From IMG/VR virus record IMGVR_UViG_3300009161_000021: DNA of 64,000 bases; one strand, written 5' to 3'. This document shows, one piece after another, positions 17,423-26,350 of this stretch. The notes under the pieces are model-generated. The model had not been told where the DNA came from. It saw only the letters and a list, made by a program, of their open reading frames with translations, and ran no database searches. Position 1 is the first letter of the stretch, and each line of letters starts with the position of its first letter. The DNA is from a virus. Its lineage: Duplodnaviria; Caudoviricetes. The translations under genes were made by a program, and so were the position numbers.

Positions 17423-17640
17423 GAATCGGGATCGGCCGGAATGAGGGTCCAGTTGCTCGTGTTCAGGTATCTCAGCTCTCCCTTCTCATCGATGACGCTG
17501 AAGTGCCAGAAGAGGTCGAGGGTCTTTCCGTTTGCCAGATCCGAGTGCGGCGGGTGGAGATCCATGAAGACAGCGAGACCTGTGTCACGCCCCCACTCAT
17601 CGATAAGGCGCACGAGAGCGCCCTTCTCCGGGGGTCTCAC
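17410..17640 (-). CDS. SH3-like hypothetical protein
   Basis: EKGALVRL...GLAVF. Confidence 0.55.
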   Translation of the reverse strand: MRPPEKGALVRLIDEWGRDTGLAVFMDLHPPHSDLANGKTLDLFWHFSVIDEKGELRYLNTSNWTLIPADPDSCNP

Positions 17641-17819
17641 ACTATCACATCGCTGACAATCTCGGACGCGTGGACAGCGTGGACAGAGATCTGTCGGATC
17701 GATCCGTACTCATTGATGAGCAGCGTGCGATCTGTGATCTCAAGGACGAGGAAGAGGCCATCCTTGAAGGCGCCATCCTTCCAGCGACGGAGCTGACCGA
17801 GCTTGATGTTCATGGCCAA
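17637..17819 (-). CDS. SH3-like cassette-family protein
   Basis: IKLGQLRRW...LFLVLE; ends SEIVSDV. Confidence 0.6.
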   Translation of the reverse strand: MAMNIKLGQLRRWKDGAFKDGLFLVLEITDRTLLINEYGSIRQISVHAVHASEIVSDVIV

Positions 17820-17835
17820 TCCTACGGCTGGAGGT

Positions 17836-18117
17836 TCAGCTTTGCACCTTGTGGAGGAAACGAAACGGGATCCCGAGCCTGCGCTCCCCTACGACCACCA
17901 CGTAATGGACATCGAAGTCCTCGACGCCGTGGTGGTCGAAGGAGACGACCATGCCGAGTGAGCCGGGCGGGAGCTTGACCCTGTTCGCGCGTCTCATTTT
18001 CTTCGACTTCATGTCCAGGATGGAGGTGTGATCCCATCCCCACGGCGGCTCGACACCCTCGCAGTCCCAGGGTTCGATCGATACGAGATCGCCGCCCTTC
18101 AGCTTGTGCTCAGACAT
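17836..18117 (-). CDS. SH3-like hypothetical protein
   Basis: MSEHKLKGGDLVSI from ATG 18117. Confidence 0.6.
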   Translation of the reverse strand: MSEHKLKGGDLVSIEPWDCEGVEPPWGWDHTSILDMKSKKMRRANRVKLPPGSLGMVVSFDHHGVEDFDVHYVVVVGERRLGIPFRFLHKVQS

Positions 18118-18355
18118 TCTGGAGATCCTCGATATCGCAGCGAACGAAGTAACCAGCAAGCGTCTCACCGACGATCCCTCCACCGGAGAAACGAACCTTG
18201 TCACGACCAAATTTGTCGTGGTCACCGGGGTCCCTCTCGACCCCGAGGATCATGAAGACGGTGTCCTTTTTCGTGATCCAACCGCGGACCTCATCGAGGT
18301 CGCGCATGAACACGAGATCACCTGGATTCAGCTGCTGATACGATTCGCCTTCCAT
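18110..18355 (-). CDS. MKPGDL-like protein
   Basis: LNPGDLVF; leaderless start. Confidence 0.6.
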   Translation of the reverse strand: MEGESYQQLNPGDLVFMRDLDEVRGWITKKDTVFMILGVERDPGDHDKFGRDKVRFSGGGIVGETLAGYFVRCDIEDLQNV

Positions 18356-18378
18356 GGTATCACTATACCATGGAAGGC
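18347..18378. repeat. perfect 14-bp inverted repeat over a -10 box and start codon
   Basis: GCCTTCCATGGTAT-cact-ATACCATGGAAGGC. Confidence 0.85.
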
Positions 18379-18390
18379 TAGTGTTTGCAC
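18362..18390 (-). promoter_or_regulatory. sigma70-type early promoter
   Basis: GTGCAA-17nt-TATAGT with TGG. Confidence 0.75.
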
Positions 18391-18394
18391 GGGA

Positions 18395-19189
18395 TCAGTA
18401 CAGGCTACCCTGGTAGAGATCGACGAGCTTATGCGAACGACGTGAGCGGCGAATCGTCGATTCGGAAAGGGCCTCTTCTGAGGAGCTGTCGGAACCCTTT
18501 CGTCCCGAGAACTTCGTGACAGTCTCATCGTCGACGTCCACCCCCGCCTCACGTGCAGCGATCTTGAGCCCCGACTCCTTGGCAAGCTGAATCATCTTCT
18601 CCTTGTCACCGGATGTGAGAGAACCCACGGCAGCGACGATGTCGTCATGATGCTCCTCTGCGCCTGGGAGGTGCTCAGCGGCGACCTTGGCGATCGCGGC
18701 CGAGCTCGTCTGGATCTTCTTGATGGATTCCCTGTGGGTCCCAGCCCATTTAGCGATCCTGCTGATAACGTTCATCGTGGCCTTTCCACCGCCCACCAAA
18801 AGTTTCTCGCCCTCGATGAAAGCAGCGGCAGCGTCTCCAGCGAATGGAATCGCGCAGATAAGTGAGAGCGCCCCGTTGAATTTGTCACCGCGTGCGAAAC
18901 GACGGAACGCGTTGACAAGATCAGGTATCATCGCGATGATCGCCGTGAGGCCGAGAGACTCTGGTGCGAGGAAAGAGCCGATCGCGCCCCCGAAGAGACC
19001 CAGCAGATCCAGTCCGAGATCGACGAGGCTGCTGTCGCGGAACTTCTCCCACAGCTTCTCCATGAATCCCTTCTTGCTTTTCTCGTCGCTCTCGACCGCC
19101 TCGTAGAGCTGACGCATCCCCATGCTCTCGAGCATGAGACCGGGGACACCTACGCGGGACTCGCGTATGATGGTGATGCTTCGGCTCAT
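18395..19189 (-). CDS. putative virion protein with pre-toxin-TG-like hydrophobic segment
   Basis: DLGLDLLG...IPDLVNA...GDKFNGALSLICAIPFAGD. Confidence 0.6.
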   Translation of the reverse strand: MSRSITIIRESRVGVPGLMLESMGMRQLYEAVESDEKSKKGFMEKLWEKFRDSSLVDLGLDLLGLFGGAIGSFLAPESLGLTAIIAMIPDLVNAFRRFARGDKFNGALSLICAIPFAGDAAAAFIEGEKLLVGGGKATMNVISRIAKWAGTHRESIKKIQTSSAAIAKVAAEHLPGAEEHHDDIVAAVGSLTSGDKEKMIQLAKESGLKIAAREAGVDVDDETVTKFSGRKGSDSSSEEALSESTIRRSRRSHKLVDLYQGSLY

Positions 19190-19623
19190 TAGTCTATGAT
19201 GTCCTTCGCAAGATGAAGCGCGATCTTGGCAGCAAGCTCCTTGATCCTCTTTCCCTCTTCCTTGGTGATGTGAACCTTTCCGTCGACGTCCTTCTTGAGG
19301 GCCTCGGTCAGGGCCTTGACGAGGGCTTCTGCCTCGGGGACGAGTGTGATAAGTTCTGAAGCGGTGAGTCCCATTTGTTCGTTCTCCTCATCCATTAGAT
19401 ATCTCTCATCTCGGAATTTTATCGGTCTTATCCACCTCGAAGCGAGAATTCCGACCTGATTTTCGAAAAGAACCTGCCAGCATGGGAGGTACCAGCCCGT
19501 CGGCTCATTCTTCAGGAGCAGCACGAGATCGCCTGACCTTATAACCTTCACGGGATCACCGTGAATGGGTTCAAAGATTGACGGGATCGGTATCACGACG
19601 TGTGCAAGGTCACCTGGTCTCAT
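19189..19623 (-). CDS. MRPGDL module joined to a helical C-terminal module (possibly two genes)
   Basis: MRPGDLAHV start; internal ATATCTA-ATG near 19395 could start a second gene. Confidence 0.55.
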   Translation of the reverse strand: MRPGDLAHVVIPIPSIFEPIHGDPVKVIRSGDLVLLLKNEPTGWYLPCWQVLFENQVGILASRWIRPIKFRDERYLMDEENEQMGLTASELITLVPEAEALVKALTEALKKDVDGKVHITKEEGKRIKELAAKIALHLAKDIID

Positions 19624-19747
19624 GGAGAATTCTAACGTCTTTTCAAGGAAATGTCCTTTAATCTAGATATTTACGAGCAGCGGTCATGCGTCGCTGTTGT
19701 ACTCCTCCGGGTACGTTAGAGCTGAATTTTAACGTTAAGGAGTAAAA

Positions 19748-20224
19748 ATGGAACCCATTATCGGAAATCCCGAGGCGCAGCCCACTGAAGAGGCTCACAT
19801 CGTGGATCAGGTTGTCAACGAACCAACCGCCGCCGGACACTCGATCAGCACCACTGCCGAGGTTGTCGCGGATCCACCGAAAGAGAAGACCTATCCGAGC
19901 CTCTACGATACGCTTCCAACCACGGTGGCTGCGATCGCGATCGGTATCGGTATCATCGGCGGCATCCAGTGGATCGTCAGGAGAATCTTCTCGACCGAGA
20001 AGGCGGAGCATAAGGCCCTCACCCAGTTCGTCACCGCGATGTTTGCCCTCATCGTCGGAGTCTGGATCGCGGACAAGCTCATCGCTGGCCCCTCCACAGA
20101 GCTGATCTCCCCAGAGGAGAGCTCGCAGCTCCTCACGTTCATCAAGGACATCACGCTCATGGTGTTCAGCTACTACTTCGGTACGAAGGCGAACGTGCCG
20201 ACCGACGTGGCCCCGGAGGAGTAA
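19748..20224 (+). CDS. multi-pass membrane protein (holin-like candidate)
   Basis: Three hydrophobic segments; AGGAG RBS; ATATTTA at 19667-19673. Confidence 0.6.
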   Translation: MEPIIGNPEAQPTEEAHIVDQVVNEPTAAGHSISTTAEVVADPPKEKTYPSLYDTLPTTVAAIAIGIGIIGGIQWIVRRIFSTEKAEHKALTQFVTAMFALIVGVWIADKLIAGPSTELISPEESSQLLTFIKDITLMVFSYYFGTKANVPTDVAPEE

Positions 20225-20565
20225 TGAGTGACAATAAACAGCTTTCTGTCAGCGAAGACAGCGCAATTTCGATACCCCTACGTAACCTCATCTCACTGCT
20301 GGGCGCAGTTGGTGCAGCCGTCTGGGGATACTCTGAGCTGAACGGTCGCATCGCCGCGCTTGAAAACGAGAATACGATGACGAAGCAAGCCATCACCGAC
20401 CTCCAACAAGCGAATCGAGACGCTGCGACCGGCATCGATCCATGGGCAACAGACGTCCAGCAGACTACTCGAATCGATCGGGCAGAGCAGGACATCAAAC
20501 GTATTGAAGAGCTGTATCTTCAGTCACATAGCAAGAACGCATGTTATCAAAAGGATGGTGAGTGA
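20224..20565 (+). CDS. single-TM coiled-coil protein
   Basis: IPLRNLISLLGAVGAAVWGY then coiled coil; TAATG coupling. Confidence 0.6.
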   Translation: MSDNKQLSVSEDSAISIPLRNLISLLGAVGAAVWGYSELNGRIAALENENTMTKQAITDLQQANRDAATGIDPWATDVQQTTRIDRAEQDIKRIEELYLQSHSKNACYQKDGE

Positions 20566-21032
20566 TGGCTGATCCATTAGCGCAGGTCCTTGAGGCCTCT
20601 GGCGGTGGCAATATCTGGGCAGTCCTCGGGCTCGCGGTCTCCGGAGCGTTGGGTAAGTACGCCTGGGACTTCTATAAGAAGAAGGCTGAGCTCGGCTTCA
20701 AGGAGAAGGACAACGTCCGTAAGGATACGAAGGAGGAGAAGCTCCTCGATCGCAAGGAGAGGAACGAGTTCAAGGATGACCTGAAGGAGCGTGTTACCGC
20801 TCTTGAAGTGAAGCTCGAGGCGGCGGTGAAGGCAAAGGAGGACCTCCTCGAGCAGGTTGGTGAGCTCCGCGCAAAGCTCGCAAAGATCGAGACGAAGCTC
20901 GAGATCCTCCTCGCGGGTGGGAAGGTGGCGCCGGAACCACCGGCTCCGGAACCGCCACCCAAGAAATCGAAGTCAGCTCCGCCACCAGCTCCAGCCAAGA
21001 AGGCGGCCGGCAGGCCGAAGAAGAATGGCTGA
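20562..21032 (+). CDS. single-TM coiled-coil protein with Pro/Lys-rich tail
   Basis: IWAVLGLAVSGALG then heptads. Confidence 0.6.
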   Translation: MMADPLAQVLEASGGGNIWAVLGLAVSGALGKYAWDFYKKKAELGFKEKDNVRKDTKEEKLLDRKERNEFKDDLKERVTALEVKLEAAVKAKEDLLEQVGELRAKLAKIETKLEILLAGGKVAPEPPAPEPPPKKSKSAPPPAPAKKAAGRPKKNG

Positions 21033-21624
21033 TTGCGTCATCAGGTCTGGGGAGTCGGTCGATCCGATCGACCCCCGTCTCTCTGACACTGCGTGCACCA
21101 TAGAGACGGGAGTCATCATCAGACCCCCACCAGATCTAACCGTTGTGGCGGAGATTCCAAAGAAGATAAAGCCTGCACGGGTCTCCGCCCCAGTTGTGCC
21201 CGTGGTCGCTCCCACGCCGGTTATCGAGACCCCTAAACCCAGTACCCCAGCTGTGGTTGTCGCTCATACGGCGGTGGTTGAAAAGGAGATCCCAATTCCG
21301 CCCGTTGAACCAGCGACTGGTGTTAACCCGACGACGATCGCTCTCGTCGGTGCCGCAGCTGTCGTCGCTGGAACTGCAGCGGCTGGAAGCGCTATGGGTG
21401 GATTCTCGGCCCTGCAAGCGAAGGTTGCGGCGGCGCTCGGAACCTCGAAAGGAGCTGCCGCAGGGGCGGCAGTCGTGACGGTTGGAACCGTCGTAGCCGT
21501 GAAAGCCATCGAATCCAAGATGGCGAAGCTTGAGAAGGACCTGGAAAAGACGAAGCAGGACATCGGCGAGACGTCCTCCTCGGCCGACAGGATCGACGCC
21601 CTACTTGACCGGCTTGGACGCTGA
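21025..21624 (+). CDS. Pro-rich membrane protein
   Basis: ATG 21025 (MADCVI); two Ala/Val-rich hydrophobic segments and C-terminal coiled coil. Confidence 0.55.
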   Translation: MADCVIRSGESVDPIDPRLSDTACTIETGVIIRPPPDLTVVAEIPKKIKPARVSAPVVPVVAPTPVIETPKPSTPAVVVAHTAVVEKEIPIPPVEPATGVNPTTIALVGAAAVVAGTAAAGSAMGGFSALQAKVAAALGTSKGAAAGAAVVTVGTVVAVKAIESKMAKLEKDLEKTKQDIGETSSSADRIDALLDRLGR

Positions 21625-22122
21625 AACGACGAACTCGACACGGCGGTTCCGAGCATGTCCCTCCGCCGTGTCGTGGCTGTCGATCCGACCATCAGCGCCA
21701 GCTGCCTCAACGGTGATGCGAGCTGGATCGATTCCCTCGGAGACAAGGTAAGCGCCCGTGACCTGGGCGCGACGAAGCGAGAGATCAAGCAGGTCACCCT
21801 GCTCAGCTGAATCGGCGTAACCCACGACCTTGATGCTAAGTTGCTTCCTCAGACTCATGATCGTGGCAACTCCGTCGATGGTCTGCTTCCCGCCGTCGGT
21901 AAGAGCGCTGTCGTTGCTGTGAAAACCGATACCGGGTTGCGTCTCAGCCGGGGTGACCTCCTCCACCCGAAGGGTGATCACGCTTCCGACCGGAAGGACG
22001 CACGTCTTCATGGCCTCACGGAGCTCGCCCATTGAGACAGGTCCCTCGAAGTGACAAGTCTCAGGATCCTGAGCTCTCGACGTGGACGATAGGAGCAAAA
22101 AAGCTAATGATGTTAGTGACAT
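21601..22122 (-). CDS. OmpA-like C-terminal peptidoglycan-binding domain protein with signal peptide
   Basis: VVGYADS...LSLRRAQV...L...GID..RI...NRRVEF. Confidence 0.85.
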   Translation of the reverse strand: MSLTSLAFLLLSSTSRAQDPETCHFEGPVSMGELREAMKTCVLPVGSVITLRVEEVTPAETQPGIGFHSNDSALTDGGKQTIDGVATIMSLRKQLSIKVVGYADSAEQGDLLDLSLRRAQVTGAYLVSEGIDPARITVEAAGADGRIDSHDTAEGHARNRRVEFVVSASKPVK

Positions 22123-22149
22123 GGAGCACCTCCCCCTGCCATCTAAGTA

Positions 22150-22587
22150 TCACTCATCTCCGTGCTTCCGTCCCCTTCCGTGACAGGTGTCGCAAAGCGT
22201 CTGGATCCATCCGCCGGAACGCCTATGACCCTTATTACCGCAGTCCTCGCAGGTTCGATAGCTCACGCTCTCGGCCATCGAGACCGCACCGCGAATGTAA
22301 TCATCGCAGTTATCAACGTAGAAGCGCAGGCCGCCGAATTTCTCCTTCACCTGAACAGCGATCGTCTGGTGCTCAGCATCGAACTCCTCATCGGTGAGCT
22401 CGGGATGCTGGCGACGCTTCCAATCTACGTGGTTCTGAATGTTCGCGCAGAGCGACTCGATGATGTCGTACCAGCCATCGCCGTGCTCGAATCCCCAGCA
22501 CATGCAGGTCTCCTGCATCGAACGGTTGCGATCCCGAAAGATCTTCGGGAACTTCTCGCAGAGAATCTTGTCGAGATCTTCTCTCAC
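22150..22587 (-). CDS. conserved phage hypothetical protein
   Basis: GWYDII...QVKEKFGGLRFY...CEDCG...TLCDTC. Confidence 0.7.
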   Translation of the reverse strand: MREDLDKILCEKFPKIFRDRNRSMQETCMCWGFEHGDGWYDIIESLCANIQNHVDWKRRQHPELTDEEFDAEHQTIAVQVKEKFGGLRFYVDNCDDYIRGAVSMAESVSYRTCEDCGNKGHRRSGGWIQTLCDTCHGRGRKHGDE

Positions 22588-22790
22588 CTGGAACCTCCCT
22601 TCACGAAATTGTTGATCGTCTCAATCACAAGAGCCTCGAAACCCGCCTCGTCACCGGGCTTGAGACCGAACTTTGCGAAGAACTCATCGCTACGATCGTC
22701 ATCGATATCGAACACGAAACGGGTCTTTCCATCGGGGGTGGTCTCCTCGATGATCTGCTTGAGGCCCGGAATTTCACTCTGTGTTGCCAT
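22584..22790 (-). CDS. hypothetical protein
   Basis: ATG 22790. Confidence 0.55.
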   Translation of the reverse strand: MATQSEIPGLKQIIEETTPDGKTRFVFDIDDDRSDEFFAKFGLKPGDEAGFEALVIETINNFVKGGSR

Positions 22791-23112
22791 CTTGTTTGTT
22801 CCTGTTGTATTCTTCGAGCCATTTGAGCGTGGATTTGGGATCAAAATCTGGCTTCTCGTGATCGCGTGACAGATCCTTCCCCCACTCGGAAGCTAGCCAA
22901 CCCTCGACGATCATGCGCCAGAGGGTGACATCGATCCGAAGTCCGAGCTTCGGGCGGGGACCGGTGTCCTCCCGCCAGTCGACGTTCGCTGTGTCGAGGG
23001 AGGCTGCCCACCCATCGCCATCAAGTTGAAGGTAGACGTTGTCGTTCTCGAAGCATTCCTGGTAGAGATGGAAGTCCTTCTGATCGAAAGCTATCGTGCA
23101 TCGTGTGCTCAT
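22774..23112 (-). CDS. hypothetical protein
   Basis: TATAAT (23119-23124) 6 nt before ATG. Confidence 0.6.
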   Translation of the reverse strand: MSTRCTIAFDQKDFHLYQECFENDNVYLQLDGDGWAASLDTANVDWREDTGPRPKLGLRIDVTLWRMIVEGWLASEWGKDLSRDHEKPDFDPKSTLKWLEEYNRNKQDGNTE

Positions 23113-23140
23113 ATAGAGATTATACGAGCACCTCGATTAT

Positions 23141-24511
23141 TTACAGGCCCGCGGCGGCTTCCGCGTTGGGAACCTCTCCAGCTCCCGCTGACAAGCCACG
23201 GATAAGACCACGAGAGATCTGTTGAGCCCTTGCGGGAGAAATTCCCTGATTCAAAAGAATTTGTGACCATCTTTTAGTTTTCATTAGTTCACTGGGAGTA
23301 GCTCTCGTCGCAGATTTTCCAGGCACCTGACGGAAAATCTTACCTTCCGCGTCCATCCAGATTCTGGCAGCTTCCTTTCCCGCTTTGTCCGTGTAGATGA
23401 TCGGGTCTGCGCCTCTGAGGGCGTTGAGAGCTTGTTTCGTCTGCATCGCCTCAACTTTACTTACCAGCTTCCCAGCCTGGGCATCGAGGAAGGAGTTAAA
23501 AGCGCGTAGATCTGCCATCGCAGCTGATCCGAGATTCTTCAATGCGCCGGCCGTCTGGGTAAGCGGTTCGGCCGCAGCTGCTGCGGCGCCAGCCTCAGCG
23601 CCTGCTGCCTTCGCTTCAGCGCCAGCCGCGGTGCTGAAGCCTTGCTTACCAGCTGTCGTGATGAAAGTCTTCAGGTTCGTGATGAACTTTGACATCATCT
23701 CGGCGGCGGTGCCAACTTTCTTGGAAAGGAAACCGGCGACGGTCCCGAGCTGACCTTCAGCCGTCCCGGCAGCCGCCTTCGCCGCGCCCTTTTTGGCCAA
23801 CCACTCTGCGAGACTAGCTGTGTTCTTAGAAAGCCATCCGCCTGCCTGCTCGAGGGCGGGCAGTCCCGCCTTTCCAACCCACTCGATGAACGCTGCCAGC
23901 GCTTTATTCTTCATGAGCAGCTTGGCGACAGGACCGAAAGCTCCCTTGATGATAAGTCCGAGGAACGATTCGAACGCTTGCCCGAGCTTCGTGAGGGGTC
24001 CAAGTGCGGTGACGATTGGACCCACGAAAGCAGTCGCGCCGAGGGGTTCAATCGCAGCAGCGGAGAGAAGGGTCAGGAAGAGATTTCCGACGCCGCCAAG
24101 CGTTGAACCGCCGTTGAAACTATCGTATGCCTGATAGGCGTAGTAAGCGACGCCGGCGATTCCGGCGAAAGTTTTCACGCCGGGAATCATCTGACCTATG
24201 CCCAGGGCGAGATCCATCCCGAAGCTCTCATCGAGCTTCTTATGAGCCAGATCGCCCGCTTCGGTCGTCGCAAGACGGAGGGCTATGACGTCGTTAGACT
24301 CAAGCAAGTTCAGGTAGTGCTTCGGATAGTACCCCGACCTGATACCGAACCGGATGATGGACTTCGCCTCAAGAAGAGCATACGGTCTCATGACAGGGTC
24401 GACTATGTACGCTGACTCGCTCAACGACATCAAACCGTATCTCGCGCACTGGACTCTCTTTATCTCCTCCGACAGGAGATCGATATCACGAGAAACTCTC
24501 GAACTTCTCAT
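23141..24511 (-). CDS. Ala/Gly-rich putative virion protein with pre-toxin-TG-like segment
   Basis: DLALGIGQMIPGV...; repeated LxE motifs in the N-terminus; ATATTTA upstream. Confidence 0.6.
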   Translation of the reverse strand: MRSSRVSRDIDLLSEEIKRVQCARYGLMSLSESAYIVDPVMRPYALLEAKSIIRFGIRSGYYPKHYLNLLESNDVIALRLATTEAGDLAHKKLDESFGMDLALGIGQMIPGVKTFAGIAGVAYYAYQAYDSFNGGSTLGGVGNLFLTLLSAAAIEPLGATAFVGPIVTALGPLTKLGQAFESFLGLIIKGAFGPVAKLLMKNKALAAFIEWVGKAGLPALEQAGGWLSKNTASLAEWLAKKGAAKAAAGTAEGQLGTVAGFLSKKVGTAAEMMSKFITNLKTFITTAGKQGFSTAAGAEAKAAGAEAGAAAAAAEPLTQTAGALKNLGSAAMADLRAFNSFLDAQAGKLVSKVEAMQTKQALNALRGADPIIYTDKAGKEAARIWMDAEGKIFRQVPGKSATRATPSELMKTKRWSQILLNQGISPARAQQISRGLIRGLSAGAGEVPNAEAAAGL

Positions 24512-24554
24512 TTGCTGGTAATCCTCTCACCCTAAATATAGGATGCGAGTGCAA

Positions 24555-25040
24555 TTACGCCTTGAAACTCGTCGGTTCGATCTTAATTTCCGTCGCCGAG
24601 AAGGCGACCTGCGTCGCCCAGGGGGCGTCGTCCTGGATGTCGAGCTCTGCGAAACCCATCGCTCCCGGAACCGCGGTCATCGTCCACTGCTCGACGTCCA
24701 GTCCAGCACCGTCAAGCATCTTGAGGGTCACACGACGGGGCTTCGGGGTCATGAGCCAGCCGCGGAAGTAGCTGTTGAGGGCGATCTCCGGGACGTTGAT
24801 CGTCTCGATCGTGATATCGCCCCGATCGATCATGCCAGTCGTGAACATCGGCAGCTTGACACCCGTCAGTGGGATGTCGAGATCGAGCCCCTCGACCCGC
24901 ATGATCCAGGGCGGACGCTTCACCACGAAGCCACCCTCATGCTCGGCATCAGCCTCGAGCTCCTCCGGCTCAGGGAGCTCGACGGGTGCGGTCTCAACGG
25001 GCTCCTTGATCTTACGCTTACGCTTCTTCTCTTCGCTCAT
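24555..25040 (-). CDS. T4 gp19-like tail-tube-fold protein
   Basis: RRVTLKMLDGAGLDVEQWTM...GFAELD...QVAFS resembles the gp19 C-terminal pattern; acidic N-terminal extension. Confidence 0.5.
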   Translation of the reverse strand: MSEEKKRKRKIKEPVETAPVELPEPEELEADAEHEGGFVVKRPPWIMRVEGLDLDIPLTGVKLPMFTTGMIDRGDITIETINVPEIALNSYFRGWLMTPKPRRVTLKMLDGAGLDVEQWTMTAVPGAMGFAELDIQDDAPWATQVAFSATEIKIEPTSFKA

Positions 25041-25059
25041 TTGATCTCCACTGTTAATT

Positions 25060-25305
25060 CTAGTTAACGTGTTGGGTGTTTACAAGAACAAGCTCATCCA
25101 GTACGCAGGTCACGTGGCCGTACTTCGGGTGGAGGACCCGCACCGTGTGCAACCCTGGGATAACCTCCAGGGTTTCAGTGTCGCAGAGTAGCAGGAGATC
25201 CCCGCGACGAACCGGTAGATCGCGTGGAAAAGCTCCATCTCGTTCCCTCCAACAGACCGTAGCCTCCCTCGGCTTCAGCAGCGAACCAATGACCAGTGTT
25301 TCCAT
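25060..25305 (-). CDS. SH3-like hypothetical protein
   Basis: IGSLLKP, RRGDLLL; leaderless start. Confidence 0.55.
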   Translation of the reverse strand: METLVIGSLLKPREATVCWRERDGAFPRDLPVRRGDLLLLCDTETLEVIPGLHTVRVLHPKYGHVTCVLDELVLVNTQHVN

Positions 25306-25310
25306 GGTTA

Positions 25311-25339
25311 ATCATACCACACAACTGGTCTTGTTGCAC
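25311..25339 (-). promoter_or_regulatory. sigma70-type early promoter
   Basis: GTGCAA-17nt-TATGAT with TGG. Confidence 0.75.
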
Positions 25340-26032
25340 CTAAATGGACAGATTCCTGTCCACAATATCGTGAACCATGTCCCAGGCGTCCTGCAGCTCA
25401 CCCGTGCGGCGGAGAACCCTGTACGCGAGGTTCTCGCTCGAGAGCTCACCGTCACGTTCGAGGCCCGCCTTCCTCATCTTCGTGATCCGCTTCATGGCCG
25501 ACATCATCGGACCCTCTTTCCGTGAACTCTCCGCCCTTCTGATGACCTCTCGGAAGTCGGACACCTTTCTTATCACCTTCGACTCGTCGTATGACGGACC
25601 GTCGTCCGGGGGCTCGAGAAGCCATTCATTTCCCGGGATGCTCCAGCGACCTGTCACCTCCGGTGGGTCATCGTTGGTGTCCTCGACGTAGACCTCGACG
25701 GGAATACCGCGGATCGTGATGTCGTGCTCCTCCTCCCACTTGAACTTCGCAAGCTTGCAAGCCTGCTTGATCGCCTCCGGGTCATCGTAGGAGCTGAGAT
25801 CTGCGATGATGTGAAGGTCGAGATCGCTGCCCGGACCCCACGTCCGACCCGCGTACGATCCAGTGAGGACGATGTCCTCAACATCGAGATCTATCTCGAT
25901 CTCCTCGAGGAATTTCTTCGCTATCTTCGCGAGCGCGTTTGCGATCTCCGGTCTGAGCTCATCGTCGCTCCAGATCTTGTCGCTCAGCTGCGATTTCGGT
26001 CGCACCGATGCTATCGCGGCGCGGGTCTCCAC
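25340..26032 (-). CDS. Pol-beta superfamily nucleotidyltransferase
   Basis: IVLTGSY...SDLDLHII and downstream VEVYVED. Confidence 0.75.
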   Translation of the reverse strand: METRAAIASVRPKSQLSDKIWSDDELRPEIANALAKIAKKFLEEIEIDLDVEDIVLTGSYAGRTWGPGSDLDLHIIADLSSYDDPEAIKQACKLAKFKWEEEHDITIRGIPVEVYVEDTNDDPPEVTGRWSIPGNEWLLEPPDDGPSYDESKVIRKVSDFREVIRRAESSRKEGPMMSAMKRITKMRKAGLERDGELSSENLAYRVLRRTGELQDAWDMVHDIVDRNLSI

Positions 26033-26034
26033 TC

Positions 26035-26346
26035 TCAGCTCTCTTCGGGACGACCCATCGGGGCGCGCTCGACGTCGTCGAGCTCCGGTTCCTCGAGGTT
26101 GCGATAGAGAGTTCGGCTTGAGACCCCCAGCTTTTCCGCAGCATCAGGAACTCGTCCACCCGACTTCGCCATCGCGTTATAGACGTTGTTTCTCCAATCA
26201 AGCGGGTCCTTGATTCGGGTCGCGAGAAGATCAGTGATGTTCTGCGGCTTGAACGAGCGACCGCGGCGTTTCTTACGAGACTTCCGCTTCTCAAGAAGGT
26301 TCTCGACGTCAGCTATTTCACGAAGTAGTTCCTGAATCTTGTCCAT
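26035..26346 (-). CDS. Fis-like HTH protein
   Basis: GRVPDAAEKLGVSSRTLYRNL. Confidence 0.75.
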   Translation of the reverse strand: MDKIQELLREIADVENLLEKRKSRKKRRGRSFKPQNITDLLATRIKDPLDWRNNVYNAMAKSGGRVPDAAEKLGVSSRTLYRNLEEPELDDVERAPMGRPEES

Positions 26347-26350
26347 ACGC

